The notes beneath the pieces are model-generated. The model had not been told where the DNA came from. It searched no databases and saw only the letters and a program-made list of their open reading frames with translations. Below, in pieces: positions 29,866 through 40,575 of a stretch of DNA of 64,000 bases. Where the stretch lies: positions 128,001 to 192,000 of the forward strand of contig JAWXAQ010000030.1 of the NCBI GenBank assembly GCA_034439575.1. Direction: 5' to 3'. The DNA is from Leptospira sp. GTDB lineage: Bacteria; Spirochaetota; Leptospiria; Leptospirales; Leptospiraceae. Position numbers and translations under genes: made by a program. How positions within the stretch are numbered: position 1 is the stretch's first letter; each line of letters begins with the position of its first letter.

Positions 29866-32800
29866 TCAAATTGATATCTTTGAACGAGAATACAAGGGGG
29901 ATGACAAATAACGAAAGAACTGTTGATGTAATGAGCCCAGAAATTACGACAATACCTAGAGGAATTTGAAATTCAGATCCTTTGCTAATGGAAAATATAA
30001 TTGGAAACATACCTAAAATAGTTGTTGTGTTGTTCATAATCACTGGTCGGAAAATTGTAGATGCGGCGGCAAACATTGCTTTTTCGATATCTCCGATTTC
30101 TTTCAAATATAAATTAAAATATTCATAGTATAATGCTGCATTATCTACTACGACGCCCATTAACAAAATAAATCCCATAAATGAACTTATGTTCAAAGAT
30201 TTACCGGTAATAAATAAGGCCGGAAAAGTTCCAATAAATACTAAAGGAACAGTCGTTAACATTAAAAAAGAGGAAATATAAGATTGGCTAAGACCAGCTA
30301 ACAACATGAATATAAGTAATAATGCTAAAGAAAATGCAATGGCCATCTCATTTAAAGACTCAGTCAATTTTTCTTTTTCCGATGAGTCTTTTATTTTAAT
30401 ACCCTCGGGTAATTGAGTCTTATTTAATAAATCCAGAATTTGATTTTTAGAATCTGGGGTCTTTGGATCTATAAAAATTTGAATCGGATTGACTTGGGTG
30501 TTTCCATGCCTTATTATATTTGATCTAATATTTTTTTTCTGAAAAGAGACGAATTGTTCTAGGGGAACATTTTCGCCGAAGGGAGTTACGATGCGAAGAG
30601 ATTTGATTTTTTCAATTGTATCCGAAGAATTTTTCTTCATACCAATGCGAATCGGAAGAGAAATTCCTCCTTCTTTTATTTCTGATACTTTAATTCCTTT
30701 CAAAGCAATTTTTATAAAAGTTGATATATATACATTCGTTAATCCATATTTAGCTAACTTGTATGCATCATATTTAATTTGATATTCAGGTTTCTCCTCT
30801 TCATTTCCTAAAAATATCATTCTGACACCATTGATTTTATAAATTTTGTCCTTCAGATTCTTTGAAAATTCATTTAGAACATTTTCTTCTTCTCCAATGA
30901 TAAAATAGGAAATCTCGGCTGACTTTTCGGAAAGCAATTCTCCTAACATATTTTCTTTAGGTTCTATCAAATAAGTCACTAAATCAGTATTTTTCAATAT
31001 CTCTTTCAATTTGATGGAGAAATTAAAAGAAGAAATTCCTATTTCTTCTTTTAACGAAACTTTTACATTTAATTGGCTAAATTCTTCTGAAGAACTTTTA
31101 TGAATTAAAAAATCTTCTTCTGCTCCCACCATTGTAAGTATGGAATTTATATTCGACTTTATTTCTGGTAATGATTCAATATGTTCTGCATATTTATTTA
31201 ACAACTGTAAACTTGTCCCAGTTGGCAGTCTTATTTTGATATTAATTTCACCAGTATCTATACGCGGAATATATTCTTTTTCGATAAAAAAAAATAGAGT
31301 TAGGCTAGTGAGGAATAGAATCAATATAATCTTTAAAAATAATAATTTATACTCATAAATAAATTTTAATTTCTTTTGATAAATTCTCAGTAATTTCTCT
31401 TCATTGAATATATTAAAAAGTATATTTTTTCGAGCTTTATCATTTCGAAATTTATAAAAATAACTCGTAATAAGAGGAATGAAAGTTAATGAAACAATAA
31501 AACTCAAAGACAATGTGATCACGATTGATAATGCCATTTCACGAAAAATCATACCTAAAGAACTTTTAATAAATCCAATAGGTAAAAATACGATAACGGT
31601 TGTAGCCGTAGCCGCAAATACTGAAGAAAAAACTTCTTGCACTCCATTAGAAATGGATATAAATAAATCTTTTCCGAGCATTCGATGTCTTTCAATTGCA
31701 GATAAAACAACATTACTCGAATCAAATAACATTCCAATCCCTAAAGCTAGACCACCTAAGCTCATCATATTGAAGCCAATATCTATATAATCAAAGATCA
31801 AAAAACTTGGAAGAAGCGTTGCTGGAATAGCTAAAATAAGAACCATTGGACTTTGATAATTTTTTAATATTAATAATAAAGATAAGAAGGCTAAAAATGC
31901 ACCTAGAATAAGACTAAAAAATAATCCACGTAATGAATCAGAAATAAATTTAGCTTCGTCATTTATAATTTCACCATGAATTTCTTTGGAAAATAAATTG
32001 TTTACATTTTTGCAGACTAGTGAAACTTCACGTGACAATTTAATTGTATTTTTTCCAGGTTCTTTATATAAAGATAGAACTACCGCATCCATTCCGTTAT
32101 ATTTTGCTAAGGAATTTCTTTCTTTATATCTTTCGTTTATTTCTGAAAAAGATTCTAATGAAATATAACCATTATTTTCAAAACCCTTTACAATCATTTT
32201 TCCTATATCAAAAACGGAATCATATTCACCAATCATCCGGACAGGGAGTTCTTTATTTCCGAAAGGCAATTGACCTGCTGGATAATTTTTGTTATTCGAA
32301 TTGATTAGAGATTCCAATTCCATCGGTTGAATTCGATAAGCATTCATGCGATCTGGATCAATCTCAACAAAAACTTCCTTTTCGTAACCACCATTGAGTT
32401 CAACGAGAGCGATGCCTTCTATACGCTCAAAATACATTTTAATATATTCGTTCACCCATGATTTTAACTTCTTCGGATCATTCAGTCCTTTAGAATAATA
32501 TATTATTTGAATAAATGGTGTTGCAGTAGGATCAAATTTTGATATCATTGGTTTGGATGCTTCACTAGGTAAAGCATCTCTAATTAAATCCAATTTTTCT
32601 CTAACTTCTAATAAAGAAAACTTCATGTCAGTTTCACTTTTGAACCTCAAGTGAACCTTTGATTTGCCTTCCATAGAATTTGATTCCGTTTTCTCAACAC
32701 CTTGTATAGTTCCTACTAACTGTTGTATAGGCCTAGAAATAATATTATCAATTTCTTCTGGCGAAGCATTTGGAAATGATGTGACGATTAATAACTGAGG

Positions 32801-32932
32801 AAAATCTAAGTTTGGCAAAAGACTCAAAGGAATTTCAAAAATAGACAAAAATCCAAAAATAGATACTCCAAAAAAAAACATCAAACTTCCGATTCTGTTT
32901 TTAAGAATCTTTTCTGTTATTTTTAAAATCAT
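29858..32932 (-). CDS. AcrB/AcrD/AcrF-family RND permease subunit
   Basis: LLPNLDFP, FPNASPEEI, NMMSLGGLALGIGMLFD, RPVIMNNTTTILGMFP, PLGIVVISGL. Confidence 0.93.
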   Translation of the reverse strand: MILKITEKILKNRIGSLMFFFGVSIFGFLSIFEIPLSLLPNLDFPQLLIVTSFPNASPEEIDNIISRPIQQLVGTIQGVEKTESNSMEGKSKVHLRFKSETDMKFSLLEVREKLDLIRDALPSEASKPMISKFDPTATPFIQIIYYSKGLNDPKKLKSWVNEYIKMYFERIEGIALVELNGGYEKEVFVEIDPDRMNAYRIQPMELESLINSNNKNYPAGQLPFGNKELPVRMIGEYDSVFDIGKMIVKGFENNGYISLESFSEINERYKERNSLAKYNGMDAVVLSLYKEPGKNTIKLSREVSLVCKNVNNLFSKEIHGEIINDEAKFISDSLRGLFFSLILGAFLAFLSLLLILKNYQSPMVLILAIPATLLPSFLIFDYIDIGFNMMSLGGLALGIGMLFDSSNVVLSAIERHRMLGKDLFISISNGVQEVFSSVFAATATTVIVFLPIGFIKSSLGMIFREMALSIVITLSLSFIVSLTFIPLITSYFYKFRNDKARKNILFNIFNEEKLLRIYQKKLKFIYEYKLLFLKIILILFLTSLTLFFFIEKEYIPRIDTGEINIKIRLPTGTSLQLLNKYAEHIESLPEIKSNINSILTMVGAEEDFLIHKSSSEEFSQLNVKVSLKEEIGISSFNFSIKLKEILKNTDLVTYLIEPKENMLGELLSEKSAEISYFIIGEEENVLNEFSKNLKDKIYKINGVRMIFLGNEEEKPEYQIKYDAYKLAKYGLTNVYISTFIKIALKGIKVSEIKEGGISLPIRIGMKKNSSDTIEKIKSLRIVTPFGENVPLEQFVSFQKKNIRSNIIRHGNTQVNPIQIFIDPKTPDSKNQILDLLNKTQLPEGIKIKDSSEKEKLTESLNEMAIAFSLALLLIFMLLAGLSQSYISSFLMLTTVPLVFIGTFPALFITGKSLNISSFMGFILLMGVVVDNAALYYEYFNLYLKEIGDIEKAMFAAASTIFRPVIMNNTTTILGMFPIIFSISKGSEFQIPLGIVVISGLITSTVLSLFVIPLVFSFKDINLNG

Positions 32933-34431
32933 TTAAATTTAGGATACACAGAGACGCCATCAAACATTCGATTGATGGGACCAAGAATTAAAATGTCACC
33001 AGCAATCAAACCATCTTTGATAAATATCTGGTTTTCTCGTTTATCACCTAATTTCACTTTCTTTTTGTATGCTTTTTTATCTTTCAAGATAAAAATATCA
33101 GCTTCGGAATCTTGGACACTAACGAGAGTATCGATCGGGATGCTAATTGCTTTTTCTTCATCACCAAGTAAGATTTCAGCTCTAACAAACATTCCTGGTT
33201 TTAATTCGTCTGTTTTATTGTCTAATTCAACTTTAGCTTCAACGGTATGCGTTTTTTGATCTACAAGAGGACTAATATTTTTTACTTTTCCTGTGAATTT
33301 TTTATTAGGTAAAGAATCGACTCTAACATTCGCTATTTGTTTTTTTTTAAGTTTACTTAGGTCATTTTCATTTATAAAAAAAGTGGCAAAAGATCCTTTG
33401 TAGGAAATAACTGTCATTATTGGAGCAACACCACCACTTCCAGCATTTACAAGCTCACCTAAGGAACGACTAACCTTCGCTACAACCCCTTCTATTGGGG
33501 AATAAAGCAAACATTCCTTTATTAACATTTCTGTAGATTTTATATTTATCTCACTTGAATTCAAATTGGCAAGAGCGACATCCAACTCAGCTTTTTCCGT
33601 CTTTGTATTTATTGTTTTCAACAATTCTATTTTTTCTTTTTTATTTTCTGGAATCGAATAACCTGCACTTACTATATCTTCATCTTTGATACCAATTAGA
33701 ATCATTTCCAGATCCCTTTTTGCGTTATTCATTAATAATTCTTTAGATTTTAAGTCTAATCTCAGATTCAAAATTTCTTCTTCAGAAATTGCTTTTTGAT
33801 TCCATAGGATTTCTTTTTTTGCAAGGATTTCCGAAAATCTTTGGAGTTCAAGATTTGAGCGGTTATAAGTAGCGATTCGTTTGTCAGCTTCACCTAACTT
33901 CATTTCAATATTATTTTTGGCATTCTGATATTTCACCTTGGTAAGTTCATACATTGCCATCGAAGATTCTTTCGCCGCTTTTTGTTTTGCTAAATCTAAC
34001 TCAAAAGTTAAACTATCTAATTTTGCTAATAACTGTCCTTTTTTAATTCGATCTCCTTCTTTCAAATAAATCTTTTCGATTCTTCCGCTCACTTTGGAAT
34101 GTACTTCCACTTTTTCTAATGGCTCAAGAACGGCCGAGAAAGATAAACTAGGTGTAATGATTTCTTCTTCCACTTTCTGAATTTCAACACTGACTCCAAG
34201 TGTTGTTAATTCATCAGTCTCATCTTTTATTTTGTTGAAATTTGAATATTGATTTAAAATCGAAAGATTCTTTGAATAAAACATTCGATTAAACAATGGT
34301 AATTTGGTTCTTAGACTATCCCAAGTTAAATTACTATATAACATAGAGATCAATAAATATATAACTGAGCTAATTACAACTTTTGAAAAAAAAGGAATTT
34401 TTCTCAAAAAATCAAATTTTTCTTTCAACAT
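32929..34431 (-). CDS. RND periplasmic adaptor (membrane fusion protein) with long coiled coil
   Basis: VHSKVSGRIEKIYLKEGDRIKKGQLLAKLD, SPIEGVV, LKPGMFV, GLIAGD. Confidence 0.93.
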   Translation of the reverse strand: MLKEKFDFLRKIPFFSKVVISSVIYLLISMLYSNLTWDSLRTKLPLFNRMFYSKNLSILNQYSNFNKIKDETDELTTLGVSVEIQKVEEEIITPSLSFSAVLEPLEKVEVHSKVSGRIEKIYLKEGDRIKKGQLLAKLDSLTFELDLAKQKAAKESSMAMYELTKVKYQNAKNNIEMKLGEADKRIATYNRSNLELQRFSEILAKKEILWNQKAISEEEILNLRLDLKSKELLMNNAKRDLEMILIGIKDEDIVSAGYSIPENKKEKIELLKTINTKTEKAELDVALANLNSSEINIKSTEMLIKECLLYSPIEGVVAKVSRSLGELVNAGSGGVAPIMTVISYKGSFATFFINENDLSKLKKKQIANVRVDSLPNKKFTGKVKNISPLVDQKTHTVEAKVELDNKTDELKPGMFVRAEILLGDEEKAISIPIDTLVSVQDSEADIFILKDKKAYKKKVKLGDKRENQIFIKDGLIAGDILILGPINRMFDGVSVYPKFK

Positions 34432-35111
34432 ATTAAATACCAGTCAGGATTCCAAATACAAGATATACAAAAGATAAATAAGGAACGAGCCATGTGATTG
34501 CGGCTCTTTTTTTTGGTTTGTCCAAAATACTGTTTCGCTCCGAAAACAAATACTTTTGTTGATAGAAAAACAGAGACGATGAAGGCAATGATCCATACGG
34601 AAACAAGAATACTAAATAATACAACACTAACTCTATCATTGAATGGAAATATAGTATTCGCGAGATAAATCATAAGTAAACACATGATGATGCTACTCGT
34701 TGCATGAAGGCATAAACCTAAATGAGCTTTAAAATTTTGTCTTTCTTCCTCTAGCATAATAGCTGTAAGGTAACTAAAAGTAGATACGTATACAATCATA
34801 ATGATAAATGATGCTAAAACATACAAAACATTCCAAGGATAGGAATTTAAAAAAAGACTAAATTCGCTATAATTTTTTTCTTGGAAATTCAGCCTGAGAC
34901 CATCATTTAAATTTGAAAAATATGAATATCCACATAAAAATATGAATAAATACATCATCAGATAGAGCACAAAAGCGTACGAAAACATTTTTAAACCGAA
35001 ACCTAAAATTTCCTTGGGTGAATTTTTTGGAATATAATCTAACGAATTCTTTTTATTAAAGAGTAATCCTATCATTTTTTTGTGAAATGCAAAATTTATC
35101 AGATTTTTCAT
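34425..35111 (-). CDS. Multi-pass membrane protein (Yip1-like); 3' end possibly frameshifted at an A8 run
   Basis: Four hydrophobic helices; an alternative frame after 34507-34514 supplies another helix ending at 34433. Confidence 0.55.
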   Translation of the reverse strand: MKNLINFAFHKKMIGLLFNKKNSLDYIPKNSPKEILGFGLKMFSYAFVLYLMMYLFIFLCGYSYFSNLNDGLRLNFQEKNYSEFSLFLNSYPWNVLYVLASFIIMIVYVSTFSYLTAIMLEEERQNFKAHLGLCLHATSSIIMCLLMIYLANTIFPFNDRVSVVLFSILVSVWIIAFIVSVFLSTKVFVFGAKQYFGQTKKKSRNHMARSLFIFCISCIWNPDWYLIC

Positions 35112-35136
35112 ATATTTACCTTTAGATGATTTAATT

Positions 35137-35733
35137 TTATTTCATATATTCTAATTTACGTATATGATAAGAGGCGCGTTCCTTGATTCCCGCTTTTTCG
35201 TAAATATCTCTTAATTCTTTATGAGCTACCATAATTTTATCACTCTGATTTATAACGCGTTCAAAATACATGATAGTTTGAGAAACCTTTCCTGATTCAG
35301 CATTCAACTTTGCTGCCATGATCAAAAGGTCCAAATTCTCTGGATTGGTTCTTAATAAATCTTCAACTTCTTGTAAAATTTTAATTCTTTCTTTGCGAAT
35401 CACATATTCAGCCTTTAACTTAAGTAAATTTGCTTGAAAGCTGGAATTTGGATCTTCATACAGTTCTTCCAAAATCAATAATACCTTTTCGAAATTTCCT
35501 TGGTAGTATTCAATTTTCGCTAAATATAGAGGTATATCTGCATATTCTGAATTATTATTTTTTAATTTATTAAAATACTTTTTTGCATTTTCTAAATTTC
35601 CCTTAGCATATTCTATTTTTGCTTGGGTATATTCATTTTCACTTTTTCCCTTATTCTTTGCACAATGGCCAGAGGAGAAAATGATGAATAAGATAAGAAT
35701 AATTCTCAAAATTCGATTTGCTTTTCGCTTCAT
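35137..35733 (-). CDS. TPR-repeat lipoprotein
   Basis: MKRKANRILRIILILFIIFSSGHC signal; TPR-like AKIEYAKGNLENA and LAKIEYYQGNFEK. The ORF track starts at 35745. Confidence 0.8.
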   Translation of the reverse strand: MKRKANRILRIILILFIIFSSGHCAKNKGKSENEYTQAKIEYAKGNLENAKKYFNKLKNNNSEYADIPLYLAKIEYYQGNFEKVLLILEELYEDPNSSFQANLLKLKAEYVIRKERIKILQEVEDLLRTNPENLDLLIMAAKLNAESGKVSQTIMYFERVINQSDKIMVAHKELRDIYEKAGIKERASYHIRKLEYMK

Positions 35734-35734
35734 A

Positions 35735-36331
35735 TCATCTAACATTTTTTTTAAATTCGGATGCCAATGCTAATACAACTTTTCTAAGAGGATCTGAATG
35801 ACCAATAATCTGTTCATCAAAAGAAGAATTGATCATAAGAACGAGTTGGCCCATTTCATCAAAGACGTTTAAAAATATGAAATTTGAATCTTTGTTTTCT
35901 AATATTCTATCATTCGAATGTATAGATACTACACCTTGGATAAACAAATCTCTACCTTCGGAATTTAAGATATTTTTTATTTGCAAGGAATCTAAAAGTT
36001 TATCTTGAGAATTTAATGTTCCTAAACTTTCACCTACACTTTTTCTAAGACCAATGGGAAGATCCGACAAATTCATTTTTGATTTATCATTTAATAAATT
36101 TTGTTCACTAATATTCGAAGTATCATACCCTGAACTCATAAGCTCAAACATTAAAAGTTCTCTTAAATCCTTTGCGATGGATTTAGGTGTTTTATAATCT
36201 CTGTTAATGATGGAACCAAAGGTAATTTTTTTAATATTTTCTTTAGACAAAAGACTGCTTTTTACATTGTATTGATTTACTTTGCAAGTGACAAAAAAAG
36301 CAAACACCAATAAAGATAAACATACTCTCAT
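35735..36331 (-). CDS. Lipoprotein of unknown function (alpha/beta, possibly CsgG/TolB_N-like)
   Basis: Lipobox FVTC; IKKITFG..LRELLMFELMSSGY..DLFIQGVV pattern. Confidence 0.55.
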   Translation of the reverse strand: MRVCLSLLVFAFFVTCKVNQYNVKSSLLSKENIKKITFGSIINRDYKTPKSIAKDLRELLMFELMSSGYDTSNISEQNLLNDKSKMNLSDLPIGLRKSVGESLGTLNSQDKLLDSLQIKNILNSEGRDLFIQGVVSIHSNDRILENKDSNFIFLNVFDEMGQLVLMINSSFDEQIIGHSDPLRKVVLALASEFKKNVR

Positions 36332-38098
36332 TTATTTAGCCTCCATACTAAAATTAAAATGATTTGAAATCGATCTTTGATTCACATCTTTCGCAGAACT
36401 ATCAACAGTTATCAAATAATATGGATAACCATTAGGAGCATTATTAGATCTTAATAAATTAAAATCCCCTAAGGTATTTGCATCTCCAAAGGAGGAAGAA
36501 CCCTTACATGATGCCTCTAATTCTGCAAAAATAAGATCAATCACTCGACAACCGAAGGGATACACAGTCTGACAATCATTCCACGACCAACTTGCTAGTT
36601 GAATCACCGTGCTCGGTGGGGAGAGCCTTCTTAAACGTATTGCATTGACTACACTATTCAAATCCATATAATTGCTAAAAATTATTCTAAAATTATCTGT
36701 ATTTACATCCGCACAATCCGTGTTTGTTGCAATTGTTCCTCCACCAGTATCTCCCGAACGAAATCGATATGAAGCTGGAGACAAAACAGACAAACTACTA
36801 TCCCAAAAACAATTAGGCGATAACCAATCCCCGCCTGTATTACTTCCTGTTCCTGGAAAGTTGTTCGAACATCCTTGCGATTGGACACCTATTGCTTGTA
36901 TTGTAGGTGCTTCACTTATCGCACCACCAGCAATGAAACTATATGTCATTACAGAGCCCATAGGAATACCTTCAATCGAACTCGCAGATCCCCCAACTGT
37001 AACCACATAACGCTGCCCATATGATAATTTAGTATCAGGCGTAAATGTGTAAACTTTTCCATCCTCTGTCCAAATTCCATTTCCAATTATTGATGGAGAG
37101 ATAGAAATTTGACTTTGTGTTTGTGTCTGATTCATTTTCTTTGAAAAGGTAAAAATCATTGGATTAACGCTGGAGTTTCCTAAACATACATTCTCAATAG
37201 AAGTATTGATTATATTCTCTGAAATTCCATTGCCCTCTAAACATTCAGACAATGTGCCACGCGCTAAATGAATCGATTCTAAACTCGGCACTAAATTCCC
37301 AGTTCCCACAAGGAAACTACCCGAAGTGGGATTTTGAAATTTTACTCCCAAAACATCGGTCACATTGGATGAAATAGTAAAATTAATACGACTGTTATGT
37401 GCGAAAGCAGAATCTGGTTGAACTATTAAATTTGTTTCATTTTCCCAAGAATAAGTGGCAGAAAAATTTGGCGAAAAAACAAGACCACCACTGACTGATG
37501 TTTTATCCATAGGTCGTGAAAAATGAAAATTTAATTTGTTTGAATTTGGTGTCCCCATACAAACATTAATTAAATTTTCTCTTAAGATATTTTTTCTTTC
37601 AAAAGTATGATGATTACAATCTGATATACTTCCAGTTCCGACTGTGACAGTCAAAATTTCAGGAAAACTACCAGCCACATTGGTGTCTCCGATAGTAAAC
37701 GAAGCGGAGTAAAGTTCTTTTAAATCTCTCCCTTCTTTTGATTCACAATTCTTTGTTAGTGTATACGTATAGGTTCCATAATTCCATTGTGTACTTGGCG
37801 TAAAATCTAAACTATATTCATTTAAATCGTAAAAACCTTGGGTCGCAGGACTTATAGAAAAACTTTGGACACAACTATTTATATTCATAGGTCGATCAAA
37901 TAAAATTGTAATTTTCTGATTTCGTTTGAGACCTTTGTCACCCATACTTGGTATGGCTGAGGTGATTTTTGGCGCATCATCATCGCCCAAAAATGTTAAA
38001 AATTTCTCAGCATCTAGCTTATCATTTTTGCAATTGGTTAAAAAAAAATGGCAGATAATCAATAAAGAAAAAATATATATATTTAAAATTCGATGCAT
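36332..38098 (-). CDS. Lipoprotein with repeated SbsA-type Ig-like (Big_5) domains
   Basis: Start ATG 38098 after GGAG; LTNC lipobox; repeats ILFDRPMN, HFSRPMD, TFSKKMN, IFSNYMD; paired cysteines. Confidence 0.82.
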   Translation of the reverse strand: MHRILNIYIFSLLIICHFFLTNCKNDKLDAEKFLTFLGDDDAPKITSAIPSMGDKGLKRNQKITILFDRPMNINSCVQSFSISPATQGFYDLNEYSLDFTPSTQWNYGTYTYTLTKNCESKEGRDLKELYSASFTIGDTNVAGSFPEILTVTVGTGSISDCNHHTFERKNILRENLINVCMGTPNSNKLNFHFSRPMDKTSVSGGLVFSPNFSATYSWENETNLIVQPDSAFAHNSRINFTISSNVTDVLGVKFQNPTSGSFLVGTGNLVPSLESIHLARGTLSECLEGNGISENIINTSIENVCLGNSSVNPMIFTFSKKMNQTQTQSQISISPSIIGNGIWTEDGKVYTFTPDTKLSYGQRYVVTVGGSASSIEGIPMGSVMTYSFIAGGAISEAPTIQAIGVQSQGCSNNFPGTGSNTGGDWLSPNCFWDSSLSVLSPASYRFRSGDTGGGTIATNTDCADVNTDNFRIIFSNYMDLNSVVNAIRLRRLSPPSTVIQLASWSWNDCQTVYPFGCRVIDLIFAELEASCKGSSSFGDANTLGDFNLLRSNNAPNGYPYYLITVDSSAKDVNQRSISNHFNFSMEAK

Positions 38099-38099
38099 T

Positions 38100-39824
38100 T
38101 CAATTCTCCAAATAAAATTCATATTCATTTTTTTTCTGATGACTCTTTGTTGTTTCATTTCCTTTTTGAAATGAATCATCTTGCGCTTTCGAAGATTTTT
38201 CAAATTGGTCTAAATAATAAGATAAAATAGAATTCCCATATCCTCGTTTAATTTCATATATGCGAAGTTCTTCCATGGGAATTCCCATCGCATAACTGCA
38301 ATCAAAACCTGATTCCATATAATTCAAAAGAGAACCAGCGTAATCTTCAATTACTTTCATTAATTCATGTTCAGACGTTATCAATTCAGATTCTTTGCTA
38401 AATCCATTTTTATACTTTAACTGAATTGTTTTCCAAGTTTCTAATGCGAATAGAAATTTTGAGTTTGATAATGAAAGAAGATGCCAAGCATCTTTAAGCC
38501 TCTCTTTTGATTTAAAAATCTCTGCTTTTATATTAACTTCTAACAGTTGCTTGCTTCTGATAGCATCCGATAATGCAATTTTTCCTTCATATATTTTTCT
38601 TGAGTAAGACAAATCATCAAATAAATTTAATGTATTACTATTAAAGGCATTTTCCCCCCTTCCGACAAATTGAGGTCCGAAACCTGGAATTCTTTGAATA
38701 CCCGTTCCGTCCGTCTGCACTCCAAAATTTGTATTTGTTTGGTTGGTACTGGAACCTAGTTGAGTTTGTATCGTAAAGTTAAATCCATAAACTTCATTTT
38801 TAACTGGTAACGTTCCATTTACATTTTCACCATAGTATCCACCTACTGATAGTTTTGGTTTCCAATAATTATCTGAAATCTCCTTTCTAGTTTTTAAATT
38901 TTGAACTGCAATATTTGATTTTTTGAATTCTGGCTTCTGGGTAAAGTCAATGTCCTCTTCATTATTTATACTTTCTGGTGAATAAAAAATATAATCTCGC
39001 AATAAAGAATCCTTTAATTGTATTTTTATTTCTAATGGTAAATTGAGTTGTTTTTTTAATTCTAATTCTGCTTGCTTTTTTGTCGATTGAGCTTTGAAAA
39101 ACAATAATTCAATCTCTTTGAGTTTATTAGATATTTCTAATAGTTGGATTTCAGTGAGGAAGCCTTGTTCCCTTTCTCTTTTACTATCAATAAATTGTTT
39201 ATATGAACGCTCGTATGAAATTTCTGCCGATAAAATCTTCAAATCCGATAATAGCAAAGAACAAAATGCCTTTCTTATTTCCAATGTCAATTTGTCTTTA
39301 ACGATTTTCCAATCTTCTTGGTTTAGAAGTTCCTGTAACTTAGCCGATTCTATTTCTAGAGAATTTTCTCCACCATCATATAACAATTGATTTAACTGAA
39401 TTCGAATATCATTATATTGACTGTCTGGTTGGTTGACATTTGCATTCTTCAGTCCGAAATAACTGAGGCCAATTCGTGGCAAATAATTGCGCCATTTTTC
39501 TGTGGCTATCATCTTGAAAACTTCACGGCGATCTTTTAAGCTAGCAAGGATTACACTATTTACAATGCCTATTCCTTCTGCTTCCGCCATATCAATAATT
39601 AAGAAATCACTTTTTATCTTTTCAACGGCATTTAAATTAGAAACAAAACCCAAGATTCCAAAAATCATAACTAAACTACCTTTCTTAAACCTAACAAAGT
39701 TCAAATTGATCTTTAATATTGGGGTCTGATAAATATCCATATCCTTGCCGAATAAGGTTTTATTAGTCAGAAATGTGCCGAAAAAAATTAGCCGCGAGCA
39801 AAATGTTTGCATAAAAGTTCGCAC
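38100..39824 (-). CDS. TolC-family outer membrane channel
   Basis: YLPRIGL..QLLYDGG and YWKPKLSVGG half-repeats with coiled helices; start may be ATG 39740. Confidence 0.85.
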   Translation of the reverse strand: MRTFMQTFCSRLIFFGTFLTNKTLFGKDMDIYQTPILKINLNFVRFKKGSLVMIFGILGFVSNLNAVEKIKSDFLIIDMAEAEGIGIVNSVILASLKDRREVFKMIATEKWRNYLPRIGLSYFGLKNANVNQPDSQYNDIRIQLNQLLYDGGENSLEIESAKLQELLNQEDWKIVKDKLTLEIRKAFCSLLLSDLKILSAEISYERSYKQFIDSKREREQGFLTEIQLLEISNKLKEIELLFFKAQSTKKQAELELKKQLNLPLEIKIQLKDSLLRDYIFYSPESINNEEDIDFTQKPEFKKSNIAVQNLKTRKEISDNYWKPKLSVGGYYGENVNGTLPVKNEVYGFNFTIQTQLGSSTNQTNTNFGVQTDGTGIQRIPGFGPQFVGRGENAFNSNTLNLFDDLSYSRKIYEGKIALSDAIRSKQLLEVNIKAEIFKSKERLKDAWHLLSLSNSKFLFALETWKTIQLKYKNGFSKESELITSEHELMKVIEDYAGSLLNYMESGFDCSYAMGIPMEELRIYEIKRGYGNSILSYYLDQFEKSSKAQDDSFQKGNETTKSHQKKNEYEFYLEN

Positions 39825-39867
39825 TTTTTTCGCTTGTAACTGCTTACGAAAGTGTTAATACTTCCTT

Positions 39868-40575
39868 ATGAAGCAGGCACTCTACCTTTTTATGATTTGT
39901 TTTAGTCTCATTCCAATTTTTGGTGATGAAGTGGAAGTTGTGACATTTGTGCAAGGCAAAGCTAACCTCATTGGCAAAAAGACAAACACCGCCATCAAGA
40001 TTAACCAAGTTCTTAAAAAAGGTGATACCATAAAAACAGAGGATGGAGCTTGCGAAATCCAATTGGCCACACTCGCCACTGTACGCATGGAAAAATTTTC
40101 TTCCCTTTCCTTAGACGATATCTTAAATCCAAAATCAAAACAAACTAATGTTCGCTTGTTGTCTGGCAAATTATTTATCAAAGCTCATAAACATAACAAT
40201 GGTGGATCTCAAAAACTAATCGTATCTGCACCAAGTTATGTGGCGGGCGTTCGTGGAACTGAATTTATCGTTGCCAGTCCCGACGAAGGTGGAGTAAATA
40301 CTGAGCTAACATTGCCAGACGGAGTCTATGTCAATGAAGGAACTGTAGCTGTTATCGCTGAAGATAAAAAAGAAGTCGTTGTCAATGCGAATGAAGAAGT
40401 GGTTCTAAATGGCAAGGAACTCAAAAAACAAATTCTTGAACAATACGTAAAAGAAAAAATGCAAATATTTGAAAAATTAACGCAAATGAAAGAAGAAAAC
40501 TACAATCTGATAAAAGATCAATTTCAAAAGAACCAGCAACTATTGGATGATATGCGAGGCAAAAAAGATTTATGA
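39868..40575 (+). CDS. Secreted FecR-domain protein
   Basis: Signal peptide; LKKGDTIKT, LLSGKL, VAGVRGTEF, VNEGTVAV. Confidence 0.88.
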   Translation: MKQALYLFMICFSLIPIFGDEVEVVTFVQGKANLIGKKTNTAIKINQVLKKGDTIKTEDGACEIQLATLATVRMEKFSSLSLDDILNPKSKQTNVRLLSGKLFIKAHKHNNGGSQKLIVSAPSYVAGVRGTEFIVASPDEGGVNTELTLPDGVYVNEGTVAVIAEDKKEVVVNANEEVVLNGKELKKQILEQYVKEKMQIFEKLTQMKEENYNLIKDQFQKNQQLLDDMRGKKDL

